Shown here: piece by piece, positions 50,601 to 62,589 of the stretch
How the letters are laid out: each line of letters starts with the position of its first letter
How positions within the stretch are numbered: position 1 is the stretch's first letter
Assembly (NCBI RefSeq): GCF_041146345.1
Contig: NW_027191408.1
Coordinates: 558,001-622,000 of the forward strand
Source of the DNA: Neodothiora populina
Taxonomy: Eukaryota
Length of the DNA stretch: 64,000 bases
Direction of reading: 5' to 3'
Made by a program: the position numbers and the translations under genes
Notes under the pieces: generated by a model
Told to the model about the DNA's origin: nothing
Seen by the model: only the letters and a program-made list of their open reading frames with translations
Database searches by the model: none

Positions 50601-51308
50601 ACCGCCGTCCTGTCGACGACGGCCCAAGCGAAGCGCAGAGAGCAAGCCAAGAAGCGACAACAAAACCGCGAGTCGATGGATGTCGACCAGACCCCGAGCA
50701 CTCCCAAGACGGAGAAGCCCGCCGACGATGCCGACAAGATGGACATGGACGAGGCCGTCATCGACACAGCAAAGGTAGCCGAGGACAAGTCTGACGCCGC
50801 CCCTGCCGAAGGTGCCACCAAGAAGAAGGCAGAGCGAGAGAAGATCGGATACGAGCTAGGCAACATGTCTCGAGTCCTCCCCGCCCAGATCAAACACGTC
50901 TCGTTCCACAAGGAAGGCAGATACCACCCGGTGAAGAGAGTGACCCCGGGCATCCTGGTGCTACACGACACACAGTCCGGACAAGACAAAGACCTCTTAG
51001 AAATGAAGGCGCGCAAGAAGACGACCGTCCCCGCCGCACAACCGGGTCAACAGCTCGGAGGTGGACCCTCGACGCCAGCCAGACAAGGCGCGGCACCAGG
51101 CATGGACGACCTGCTCCAACAACTCGTCGGAGGCAGAGGTGGCGCCGGAGGAGCGAACCCCTTCCAGACTCCCGCGAACCAGACTGGCAGCGGTGGCGCG
51201 GCCGCAGCCGCAGCTGTGCTGAACGCCGTCGACGAGGACGTGGAAGGTGGAGAAGAAGCCGAATGTCCTGATGAATTCGAGGTCAGCGAGGGCGAGGACG
51301 ACGAGTAG
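47696..51308 (+). CDS. RPN2: 26S proteasome regulatory subunit Rpn2
   Basis: MVGVSSAAGLVGFLSEP, PC repeats (NWSKFTATAALGVIH; DDVRRAAV; SYNPHVRYG), FTQYWYWFP. Exons 47696-47835 and 47924-51308. Confidence 0.96.
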
Positions 51309-52213
51309 AAAGGGTTCTTCAAGTCCCGAGACCGGGCTTCCGGTTCCTTCTCCCCCAACTATTGTAGTAGCTGTAGTAGTAGTATGACAAGAGTTCGTTG
51401 TAGTTATTCACGAAATAGAATCAAGAGGAAGAGGAGCTTGTTTTCCATCTTCTTTCTTCTTCTAATTGTCCTTGAATCATGTTTTAGACTTACCTACTGC
51501 ACCCACGCCGCTGCACCAGAAATGCGAGTACACCGAAAACTGCACCGTTCGACAAGTGAATGACCTCCTTTTGTCACAAACTGATGCTTGAAGCCACACT
51601 AAAGATAAAAAAAAACCATCACTGTTGTGTTCGCGTTTGTGTCCTTTGGCAAAAAGCACATCGGTTATAAGTTGGATTTTGAGTGTTTCCTATTAGAAAA
51701 ATGGAGGAATGGGTATACCCAGTTACTTGAAACAAAAAACAAGACAAAGAACCGTTGCAATCAATCATCATTCTTCTTCCCTCCTCGCCATGCTCTCTCA
51801 TGTGCCCAAAGCCCACGCCCATCTTTCGCAATAATGGTTACTCCTCTCGGGCGACACCCATCTCCCTACCGCATGTTGTGCCTCCCCCTGTTTCGTAATC
51901 TTTGACAGAGCATCATCGTTATGATCAAGTCAGAGGGCCACTTGCTCAACCTCCTAGATGATGCTCCTGCCGTCGCCATGCGTTTTTATCCTTTAATGAT
52001 TTCGCTATGGCTCACCGAGTGTCTTGATAATAGCGCAGTCTCACGCACACCTTGCCCAAAGACCTCCCTCTTCCTTTCCTCACCCCAAGTTCATAGTGGG
52101 CTGAATAAGATACGTAGCCGACATAACCTCTTTTGTGATTGATACAAGAGTGCCTGGCGCTGCACTTGTACTGCCGTCCGAGCGGGCGTGCTTGATCAAA
52201 AAGCGCGATTGGC

Positions 52214-53055
52214 TCAGACGCTGAACTTGGCCTTGGCACGGGACGAACCTGCGTTGGCAGAGTCGCTGTGGCCCATGAACTCGACGGGCTCGCTGGCCTT
52301 GAGGGCGAGGACGGTCTTGAAGCGCTCGCCGATCTTGAGCAGAATGGCCTTGCTCTCCTCGGCGGATCGCTGGGGTCCGTTGCCAGCTTTGGCATTGGCG
52401 GGAGCAGCCTTGCCGGCACTTCTCGTCCAGAGACCAATACGGTAGAAGGCCTTACGGATGTTGACGACAACGCCCATGACTTCGTTGTCGGAGTCGTCTT
52501 CGAGCTGTTCACCAATGGCGGCGAGAAGGACGTGAAGCCAGATGTCGTCGTTAGCCTTGCGCTCCTTGAAGGTGTATGCCCAGCGACCTCCGTGCTTGTT
52601 CTGGGGGTCTTCCCACTCGGGTCGGACACCCTGCTTGAAGAGGTGGTAGTCGGACTTCTGAGCCAAATCGCTAGCAGGGGTGATGTTGTTCTGCGAGACA
52701 AAGTCAGTGATTTGATTCTTCGCTACGAGTGGCGGTGGCATTTTGAGATTTGCAAATAACGCCTTTGACTGGACTTGAGACATACGTAGATTCCCCAGAA
52801 CTCCTCGACGCTGTTGAAGCTGATGACCTCCTTCAAGAGCTCGTTCCAGTCCTGCTTGCCGGATGGGGGCTTGGTGAACCAGAGAGTCCAGGTGTGAGCA
52901 AGAGGGTGCTTGACGTTGAAGTTGTTGGGGTCGTGGAAGACAGTGACGGTGTCTCCGGCATTGTCGCTGTTGCCTCCACTGACACCTCCCTCAGGCGAGA
53001 TGGGGATGGTGTCAAGAGGCACAGGAGATGCTGCGTTGTCTGCGACGGCGGCCAT
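52214..53055 (-). CDS. Translation initiation factor eIF4E (cap-binding protein)
   Basis: KHPLAHTWTLWF, SVEEFWGIYNNI, DYHLFKQGVRPEWED. Exons 53055-52786 and 52690-52214. Confidence 0.94.
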
Positions 53056-53958
53056 GTTCACAGGTTGATGGACAGATGCGAGATTCCGGGGTTATAAGAA
53101 AAAAGAGAGAGAAAGCTCAGGGTATGCACCACAACCGACGAGCTGGATGTTGGTGGCAGAGAAGAAGAGGAGTAGGTTACGAGAAGTCGACAATGAGAAG
53201 TTGCGACTCTGGGTTTATTTTGCTGGTCTCGAAAACGCGAAGTCGTCACGGCTCCTGCACTTTTCGCTCTCATCTGCAAATGGAAGTCGCACCGCCGCAG
53301 CGTACTGACGGAAGTTGCCGTCGGAGGCTCCCCACCTGAGCCTCGCTATTTTGCTGCTATACAGTACAAGCCATCTTCACTTTCACTCTACCTCATACCC
53401 CTATTGCTGATTTACTGTACTTTGACACAAGAGGCATACAAAGCTCACTCGGAGTATATCAGTAACCTAACGTTCCTGATGCTGGTCGACAGTCGCAATG
53501 ATCATTCTTTCTCCTACATTTACGTCGCCAATACAACCTATGTGAGGCTCTATCTGAATATGATATAAATATACAACCTTGGAACTCTTGTCAACACATG
53601 GGCGCCTGATCTCTCTCTTGTAACCCGACGACACCGCCTTGATGTTCCTCGAAGTGGAAGGGTAATCGCTTCTGACAACGTGTGCCTTGTCTTTATAGTC
53701 ATCATTGTCGGCGAGTCTGTCAGCTCCATTGCAACTTAGAGGTCAGAACTGATCACAAGTAACGGGGTTTCGCCCCAGACGTCTATGTTACGGCGGCTGC
53801 GTGAGTGAGTGTGCAGCGATCTGCTGGAAACCCTTTTGTGCACTCTGAACCGGGGTTCAACCCCGCCCGTGGTACATCTGGTGAATTCCAGACTGTGATC
53901 CTCGAATATTTGGTCTTACTAGGAGATCGAAAATCCAAGTATTCGTGTGAATTATCGC

Positions 53959-56900
53959 TCAGTCTGGTGGAGACAGCTCTGCCACAAGCTTTTCCATACG
54001 AGGCATCAACTCTCTGATTGTGAAAGGTTTGGTGACCTGGTGACGTTAATTTCATCTCTGAGCTCACTACAGTAGTGTTGAATGAATTGCCACCTACTAC
54101 TTCGTTCATTCCTGCAGCCAGTGCATTCTGAATCTGCTCACTTCTTGCATTGGCCGTTATGGCAATCACAGGCACATGTCGGATGATCTCTCCTGTTCGT
54201 TCTAGTTCTCGAATCCGTGATATGCATGTAAGACCGTCCTGTTCGCGGTTAGTACACGCGGTACTGTTGACTTGTTCCAAAGCGGTATTTACCATTACTG
54301 GCATCTCGAGGTCCATCAGAACCACGGAAAGAGGGACGCCTGCGGATGACCTGTAGAATGTTGTTTTCGTGAGGAAGCTCAAAGCATCTAACCCATGATC
54401 GGCGGTCGACACTATGCATCCAAGCCGGCGCAACTGTTGCGCCATGACACGCTGGTTAATCGCATTGTCTTCGACGACCAGCACATGCAGTACACCAGGT
54501 CTGTGCTGGGGCGCTTGGAGACCAACACCACGCATATGACCGACTGTGCGGTCCAACGCCTCATTACCACCACTGTGCCTTCTCCTCTTCGTACTCTTTG
54601 ATTGACCTACATCGTGCTCCTCGACCACTCGCCTAGCCTTGACGAAGAATGCAAAGATACTGCCGACTCCGGCCTCACTGTGCACTCCTATCTGGCCTCC
54701 TTGCAGGTGTGTGAGTTGCTGAGAAATGAACAGACCGAGACCACTGCCACCATACTGCTTGTATGTACGTGGGTTGCCCTGCGAGAAACGATGAAATAGA
54801 ACTTTCATCTCCTCCTGCGTGAGGCCTTTGCCGGTATCTTTGACGGCAATTTGTATGTATACCTCTTGTCCAGTCCCCCAGTCCGCTGCTGTGGTCTTAG
54901 CAACGGCAGCGCTTTTCTGGTGTCGCGGGGCAAATGCCAGGTCGTACTCCTCGCCTGTAGGAGGCGTTTTCGATGCACTCAGTATTAGCGTAATTTTCCG
55001 ATCGGGCAAATCTTTCGTAAATTTGATGGCATTGGTCAACAAATTGATAACGACTTGTAGCAGTCTACTCGGATCCAACATGACTAGATCGATATCCAAC
55101 ACAGTATAATTGTTTCGTACTTCCAAGGTACAGGTGATCTCGGCTCTCCGAAGTTCGGCATCATACATCTTTAGTGCTTTACGAATGAGCTCTAGAGGAT
55201 TGACTTTGTCAGGGGTGATTACCAGAAGGTTCGAGTCCAGTTTCGAGATCGTCAATACATCATCCACGATGTTCTTCTGGTGTTGGGCACATAGCACAAT
55301 CGTTTGCGCCGCGTCAAGTATTGTGTCTGCAGTCTCAGTGCTGATTGTGACTGTCGATATTGGTGGGGTGGGTAATGTCATAGAGGAAGATATTTCGTCC
55401 GCTAATTGTAGAATTGCCGAAAGTGGATTTCTCATTTCGTGACTGGTCATGTCCTGCAGGGGGCCTATGTGAGCAACGAGAGGAGAGCCTTCCCACCGCC
55501 GAAAATATTGACTTACAATGAATCGCTCGGATGCCCTCTTGTTTTCGAGTGCATCTTCGAGCTTCTCTGCCATCAAGGCCTCAGTCAGCTTGCGATGACT
55601 GATGTCGTACAGCCAGCCCATGACCGTGACCACTCTACCCTCTTCATCCAATTCGGGGAATGACAGGTTTTCAACCCATTTATGATTTCCGTCTGGAGTC
55701 TTGATCCGATACTCGACTTTTGTTGGGGTCTTAGCATCTCTAAGACCCTGCCAGGTTTTCGCGATAAATTCAGCATCTTCTTCGTAGACAGTGTCTCGCC
55801 AGGCAAGCCCAGTGGCTGCCTTTTCCGCAAGTTCACTACGAGTCATATGGAGTAGTTCGAGGTAGCTATCATTGACGAATTTGGGATCCCCGTTGGGATC
55901 ATACATATACATGCCAAAAGGCGCGTTTCTCGCCATCCTCGGACAACATTAGCATAAATTCTTTCGGAAGGACTGTGTATATATACCGCATAAATGTCTC
56001 TTCGTTCTTCTCGGCCTTCAAAGCGGTGATGCGTAGTTGCTGGGTCAATGCTAAATTGAGTTCTTCGAAACGCAGTTGATCTTTGCGTTGCTCCTCAGGC
56101 AGAGAGATCACAGCAGCGAATCTCAGTATCAAATCTCGGACATGATTGATGAACAATCCGAGCTCTTCAGTGTAAGGTCTCTGAGGATTCAGCCCAACGA
56201 CAATGAAAGCCAGCTGATGCCCACTCATACTAGAGATCGGGCAAATGCAAGCGGTTGAGACTGTGCCACGCTCCTTATAATCGATGGCCAGGTTCGGTGG
56301 CATGTCGTTCTTGCTGAGCATCTCTACTTGTTGAGAAGCACGGGCACGTCGGAATCCTTCAGCGAGATCAGGCTCCAAAGATATGTTTGTCATGTCTACA
56401 GAGGATGTGAACGCATGTGTTGGAGCACCAATGAATCCTTCAAGGTTGAAAAGGTCCTGTGAGTCTGACTCCGCTGTGTAGATGGCGACGTACATGGTGT
56501 CATTCAAGTGGCCTTCTAAGTCAGCTAAAAGCGTGCTCCAAAGTCCCGGTAAAGTCTGCGCCAGGGAGGTGTGCTCGCTGACCTTCGCTAAAACTTTTCG
56601 TCTCTGGTCATTGTAAACGTCAGAAGTGCTTTCAGTGTATTCGTTGACGGCTGCAATGGTGTGACCATCGTGGCCAGGTACAGGAAGGAGATGGATGTTC
56701 CAGTAAGTCTCTTCGATCCTTCCATCACGCTCTAAGATTGCCTTGAAGTCGTACGCTTGGTCTGATCGTCCCTTGAAGATGGCATTCTTGAGTAAATCCA
56801 TGTGTCGCTGAAATATGTCGGGTCCCCAAACATCAACAAAACGCTTGCCTATGATCCCGGGGTGGCGATGGCCTATAATCGTAGCGGCAGCTTCATTGTA

Positions 56901-57581
56901 AAGTATTGCCTGCTCAAAGCCCCAATATACCATTCGTGGATCCGGGCATGCCATTATGATCACAGCCAATCTGCAAAGTTCCTCTGGCCAATCACTGATT
57001 GGCCCCAATATCGTATTTTCCCAATCGTAAGACTTGACAAATTTGATCCAAGGTGGGTACTCAGTCACATCGACTGAATCTCTTGTCCAATCAATAGGTT
57101 TGCGGCCACCTTCGACAATGTCGCCCCAAGTCGATGGCTGAGAAGAAGAGGAATATCTTCGACGAAGAGGCACAGTGGGTTTCCTAGGCATTACCCCTCG
57201 CCCTTGTATGATCCGCCATATGTGCTTGAACGGTCTGCTTGACCAGCTTTTGCCTTGGAAAATGCCTAATTCAGTGCCCTTTTTGTTCGAACGGGGAAGG
57301 TTAGCCAGCCATTCTTCGAACGCCTCTTCGCCATCCCGACTCCCGAATGACTGTGCGAATAGGACGTTCTTAAAAACTATACGTGGCTTTTGCGAAAGGT
57401 CTTCGACTATGGTTATAGGTCTGTCATCGTCAAATAGGTAGTCCAATAACGGACGAACATCAATTTGGCCATCAAGAAGTGAAGCATGCGGACTCCTCAA
57501 TCTTTGTATGCCTCCACCATCACATTGTGACCCTTCCGGCAATGGGTTATTTGCCCTACTTGATATGGAAGGATCCTGCAT
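53959..57581 (-). CDS. Hybrid sensor histidine kinase (PAS-like/GAF-like sensors, HisKA, HATPase, receiver)
   Basis: H-box DMTSHEMRNPL, N-box NLLTNAIKFT, DTGKG, GGSGLGL, receiver VEDN…LMDLEMP…TKPF. Exons 57581-55987, 55937-55517, 55453-54293, 54238-54098, 54036-53959. Confidence 0.92.
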
Positions 57582-59827
57582 CACTAGCTGCACAAATGCA
57601 CATAGTAATTAATAAAGAGCCGCCGACTGTTTTGCACGTCAGCAGAAGTGGGTTTTCTCCATGAGAATGCTTCGCGGCAGACAGGTACAGGGGGCAGGGA
57701 TGACGCACATACGCTGAATCGCGAAACCAATGAGACAAGGTGATAGTAGATGCCTTGTGTACGTTTTGACTCCAAAGTTAAACGACAGTGTCACTGCGGA
57801 CAGTTCCAAACATCAAGCTGAGAGACACGATACTCGTCCAATGTTTGGATCTACAATAATGCATAATCTTTTGTCCGCGTAGGGTCAAAGCCTATTTGCA
57901 TCCGGCAGTTGCATATATTCACTTATGCTCTCACACGCGAAACCTCGGCAAGCACATTCTCTATGTACAATTTTCAAGAAATATAGACAAAGCAGCGGTT
58001 TCCACTTACCTGTAATTTGGATGTGCAGTAACTCTGATCTGCCGTTTATACACAAAACCTTTCATTGTAGGTCGATGACGAGTATCTTGACAGAGCCAAA
58101 GATACCTTAGCTTGCAGTATGGATCTAACTTACTTTGAGTCTATCGTTCAAATGCCACGCCAGGCAGCCATCTCACGTCATCTCATACAGTACATCCACT
58201 GAGGTTACAAGTCCGTGCGTAAGGCCTCCGGGCCGGACTCTTCGATTTCGTCGTTCGCGTTCTCAACGCGGACAGTTTGTGCTGGATCTGTTAGGAGGTC
58301 GCTTCACGATGCATGCTACTTCATCGAAGATATTTTCGAGAGAGAGCACATCAGGCGTGAACATAGGCTTATAGTGGAATGAGTGAGGTTAGCGAAAAGA
58401 AATAAAAAGCCACTGTGAAGCCAGTTATCTAGTGATTAGCCCGTGAAATTGAATTACGACATTAGTACTCGCACTTGTTCTCCTCAATATGCGTGTCATA
58501 ACTCGGACTCTTCATGTTTGATCCATGCTGCTGAGCTACAACGCATTGCAATTGTCGGATCATCATGTTGCCAGGCTGGACCGTTCGGCAAGTATGAGAT
58601 TCGTTGTCAGCAAATCTGCTCATTCGTGTAAACCAGACAGCGACTGATGCACATGGCCTTGATCTTGCACAACTGACCCAAGCTCTCCGAGCAGAATTGG
58701 GTGTTGTAAATCGCAGCCGCACAGCATGTTTGATGAGGGAGACCAACTGTCGACGATGCTGGAAATAAAGCTTGCGAGTATCCGCTTATATTTAGACTCT
58801 GCCTTCGAGACTGGTATAGAGTGCGACCCAGACGACAGTCTCATAAAATATATCATGACCATACCTCGCCCAGGGAGTTGAAAAGGCTCTGACGTTGGGG
58901 GGGAATCCTTAAAAGGTGAGCATCGCAAGCTTCGGAGGGACGATTAGTTGAAGTGATAGCGAAGACAGCAGTATATACAAGAAAAGCTGCGAGGCTCCCT
59001 TATAAAAACAGACATGAGTTCATGTGCCGCACCCCTACATGCAGGAAAACCTAATGTCAAACATAAAATCATTCGTATATATGAACCCGCTTATCATCGG
59101 ATGCCGAGGTCATACTGCTATTCGTGCAATGAGTGGTTGGATTGAAATTGGTCTCTCGCTGCGCAAAGCATACCTTAAGTTCACAGGAAACATTGATCTC
59201 GTACGCCGATGAGCGAAGAACTCGGCGAACTCGGAATCGTCGAACTCGCAATCACCGCAGGGGGATGAGGTCACAGCAATGTATCTTATGATCGTGTACA
59301 TGTATAATGTACAGTACTATTATAAACTTTACCACCTTGCCTCAAGCAAAAGACCTACCGTAGCTCCGTAGCTTGAGACCCTCGAGGTGATGTGATGTGC
59401 GAAAGGGTCTGTCATTAACTTTGTCTCTCTATATCCTGCTGGATCCTACAAAGCATTCCAGAGTGAGATTGAAGTTTGGACCACCGAGGTTACACACCTC
59501 ACATTGTGGTATACTAAGGTAAGCTAAGGCAGCGATCAAGGTACTCAGGACAATGACGCTGACCTACTGTATCGGTAGCTACCATCTAGTCGGCACAATT
59601 ACCGCTACCGAGCCGCACCTCGGGCTGATATTGTTGCCGTAGATCTAATTCCTCATCATCTTGTCGCACATGTCGCAATGTAAGATAGGCAGGTAAGGTA
59701 GAGACTCTTATGATACGGAGACTTCTATCTGCATAACTCCGGCTCCAGCATTTGTCGTATGCATAAAACACTCAGCTAGTTGCCGCCCGAAACCCGTTGG
59801 TGTCGGCCTATGCTTAGACGACCCGAC

Positions 59828-59847
59828 TCTTCTTCTTCTTCTTCTTC
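59828..59847. repeat. (TCT)6+ microsatellite
   Basis: tcttcttcttcttcttcttc upstream of the Zn-cluster gene. Confidence 0.8.
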
Positions 59848-60117
59848 CCACTTCACCATTCTAGGCGGACCTAAGTACGATATACCAGATCGTGGCAATG
59901 TAACAGATCTTGCCGCTCGAGCCTTTCCAAGTGTAAGCCTTCTGCAATGTTCTAGCATAGAAAATATGCGTGCACGATTCAGAGGTAGGTCTCATATATA
60001 GAAATGGATGTGATTTCGCTCATTCAATTTGCGCCTCTCGCTATCGGTCTTGTACCCCCTATATCCACATTTCCATTGTTACAAAGAAGTGCTGCACATC
60101 CTCTTCCGAGGTGAGAG

Positions 60118-61622
60118 ATGAAGCCTCGACGCACGCATATCAAATCGAGAGCAGGATGCCACACATGTCGGCAGCGGCGGATCCGTTGCGACGAGTGCCG
60201 GCCTCAGTGGTGAGTACAGCGCGACCTGTCATAAGATGTCACATGCTGAGTATCTCAAGTCTAAATTGTATACGACGTGGTGTACCTTGCGACTATGATG
60301 AGGCTGAGTCATCAGCTACGGCCGCCTCACGCTCTGCTCAGGTGGATGGCCCGCCGGCGCAAGCACAGGTGCTGAGCGCAGATGATGTCGAGTTACTGCC
60401 GAGTCATCTGATACCACTATTGCAACGGCCAGTGTCGGAACTACCTGGCTTCACGGACGAAGAGAGTTTTCTGGTTCACCACATCCATGATATGAGCCAA
60501 AGACTCGAACACAGCGATACCAAAAATGTCGGGTTTTGCACTTCTGTACTCCCGGAGTAAGCATTGTCTTTTACCCATTGAAGAAACATAGCTCACCTTC
60601 TCTCGTCAGATTCATTAGAATCGCGTTTTTGGTCCATTTCGTCCGTGACTGCATTTGCGGGATATCTTCGTTTCATCTCGCACTGCTCACCAAATCTAGC
60701 TCTATGACATATCTAAGCTACAAATATAGAGCCAAAGCCTTGCAAGGCCTACGAGAAACTTTAGCTTTGACATCGGGTCCTGGGGATGTCGATGCCACTC
60801 TTGCGGCCTCGTTCATGTTATCTTGGCAAGCGCCGGACAGCTTTGAATTTTGCCAAACGATGAAAGGAGTGGATCTGGTGAGTGCACTGCTTCGTCCTTC
60901 TATATGTCCTTGCTCTGTGATACACGAAGACGCAGAAGGTGTATCGCTTCTCTGACCTACGAGCCCGAGCGAATGGCTATCTGGTCTGCTCTTCACACGT
61001 TTACTCAAATACTAACAACCATCAGGCGTTAAAGGAAATGGCTGAACGAAATTATACCTCGCGCCTTCGAGACCTCTGGGGTGTTCTGATACCAGAGTCG
61101 CTCGTTGCAGCATCATCATCGCATTCTATAGTACCGTTAGATGCTGCAAGTGTAGCCTTACAAGAGCTACGTAAACACGTCGAACACAATCCTGAGCTCG
61201 TTCGCGGTGTCAAGGAGCTATACAATTTTGTCCAAAATATCCGGATAGCTCCGCCTGGAAGGATGCCCGCCGAACAGATACAAGCACTATATCCTGTGAG
61301 ACTCTGGCTCCCCTGGATCCCGAAGTCTTCATATCTTATTGACAGAAAGGATCCGTCAGTGCTACTGTTTTGCGCCCATTTTCATATGGTCATTGTGGCT
61401 ATCGGAGGGCTCTTGCCAGTCACGGTGGGCGCGTTCGCCATTCCCAGACGAGCAGAATGTATCATGGTAATCAACACCATTTTGAAGCAGGTACTACCGG
61501 AACCTGCTCCAAGCGCAGGTCACAGCCATACAAACAACAAAAGACAAGAATCATTTCGCGAGCTGATGCAAGCGCCCCTAATGTTCGCTAAAGACTTCCA
61601 GGCTCGATACTCAAGCACATGA
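60118..61622 (+). CDS. Zn(II)2Cys6 transcription factor (Upc2-like architecture)
   Basis: RRTHIKSRAGCHTCRQRRIRCDECRPQCLNCIRRGVPCDY zinc cluster; downstream ISSFHLA…ALQGLR…LAASFMLSWQ. Exons 60118-60209, 60260-60556, 60610-60877, 61026-61622. Confidence 0.88.
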
Positions 61623-62245
61623 ATGTAGCACGCAATCACATTGACTCATATGTTCTCGAAAAACGATCACGTGTAACACACTATTTCACTCATGCAGAAG
61701 CTGGCGTATATGTAGAGGATGTCAAATATTCTGGGGGTTAGACGCATTTCTTGAAGGTGGGGGGACGGGGTGGGGGGACTTTTAGGGAAAAGTGTTGGTC
61801 GCTAGCAGCGAGTGTGTATCAGTATCACTGTATCTTTGTATGAATATTTCACTTCATTTTGATACAAGCGGAATTGGTTGCCGAGCTTGATGTGATAAGA
61901 CTGATGCGATGCATCAAGTCGTAACAATCATTCTATAGTAGCAGATGCCAGATGGAGCTTAGCCGCCCAAGCGGATTCTTGAATTACGATTTTGAGATGC
62001 GACTACGACGTCAGTAGGTCAAATTGGCCGTGCGAATTCGAACATAATACCACTGACGAACCTTTTGCAAGACGTGAGTACCACCTAACCAGTAAGATGT
62101 ATGTTCCATCAGATGCTGAGAGTCGAGTGTTGAAGGCTTTCATTATAGTGATTCAGTGACAGGATCTCGCAGCACGTACAAGAAGGCTCGACCTCTTAGT
62201 TGTGCGAATCATTGGGCAAGGAGATAATAATTAATCGCAATGACT

Positions 62246-62277
62246 ATTGCGGCATTGCGGCATTGCGGCATTGCGGC
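62246..62277. repeat. (ATTGCGGC)4 perfect tandem repeat
   Basis: Four exact 8-bp units about 310 bp upstream of the glucosyltransferase ATG. Confidence 0.9.
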
Positions 62278-62589
62278 CGAAACACAAGATGTGGCTGAGG
62301 GCGGTCGTGCGCGCGGATAGATCTCTACCTGTGATCGGTGCTTAGCGTCTCCGCTGACGTCCGGTGATGACGAACGAAAAAACAAGGGGACTTTCCCTAT
62401 ATGCGACCAGAAACTGTTCTTACTACGAGGAATTGTAAAGTTTTCATACCCGCGAAACGGATCGAAATGGATATAGCCACATGGTGAAATATGCATTGCG
62501 CAAACTATCTTTAATATCTCCTCTTGTTCGGTCATCCGAGCGCAGCTGGTAAAGCTTGTTCTTCGGCGAAGTCCCATTATAAGGCAAGG

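Noticed and set aside
53848..53870. CGGGGTTCAACCCCG resembling a tRNA T-arm/B-box
   Set aside because: The loop is only 5 nt and no acceptor stem, D-arm or anticodon arm can be built.
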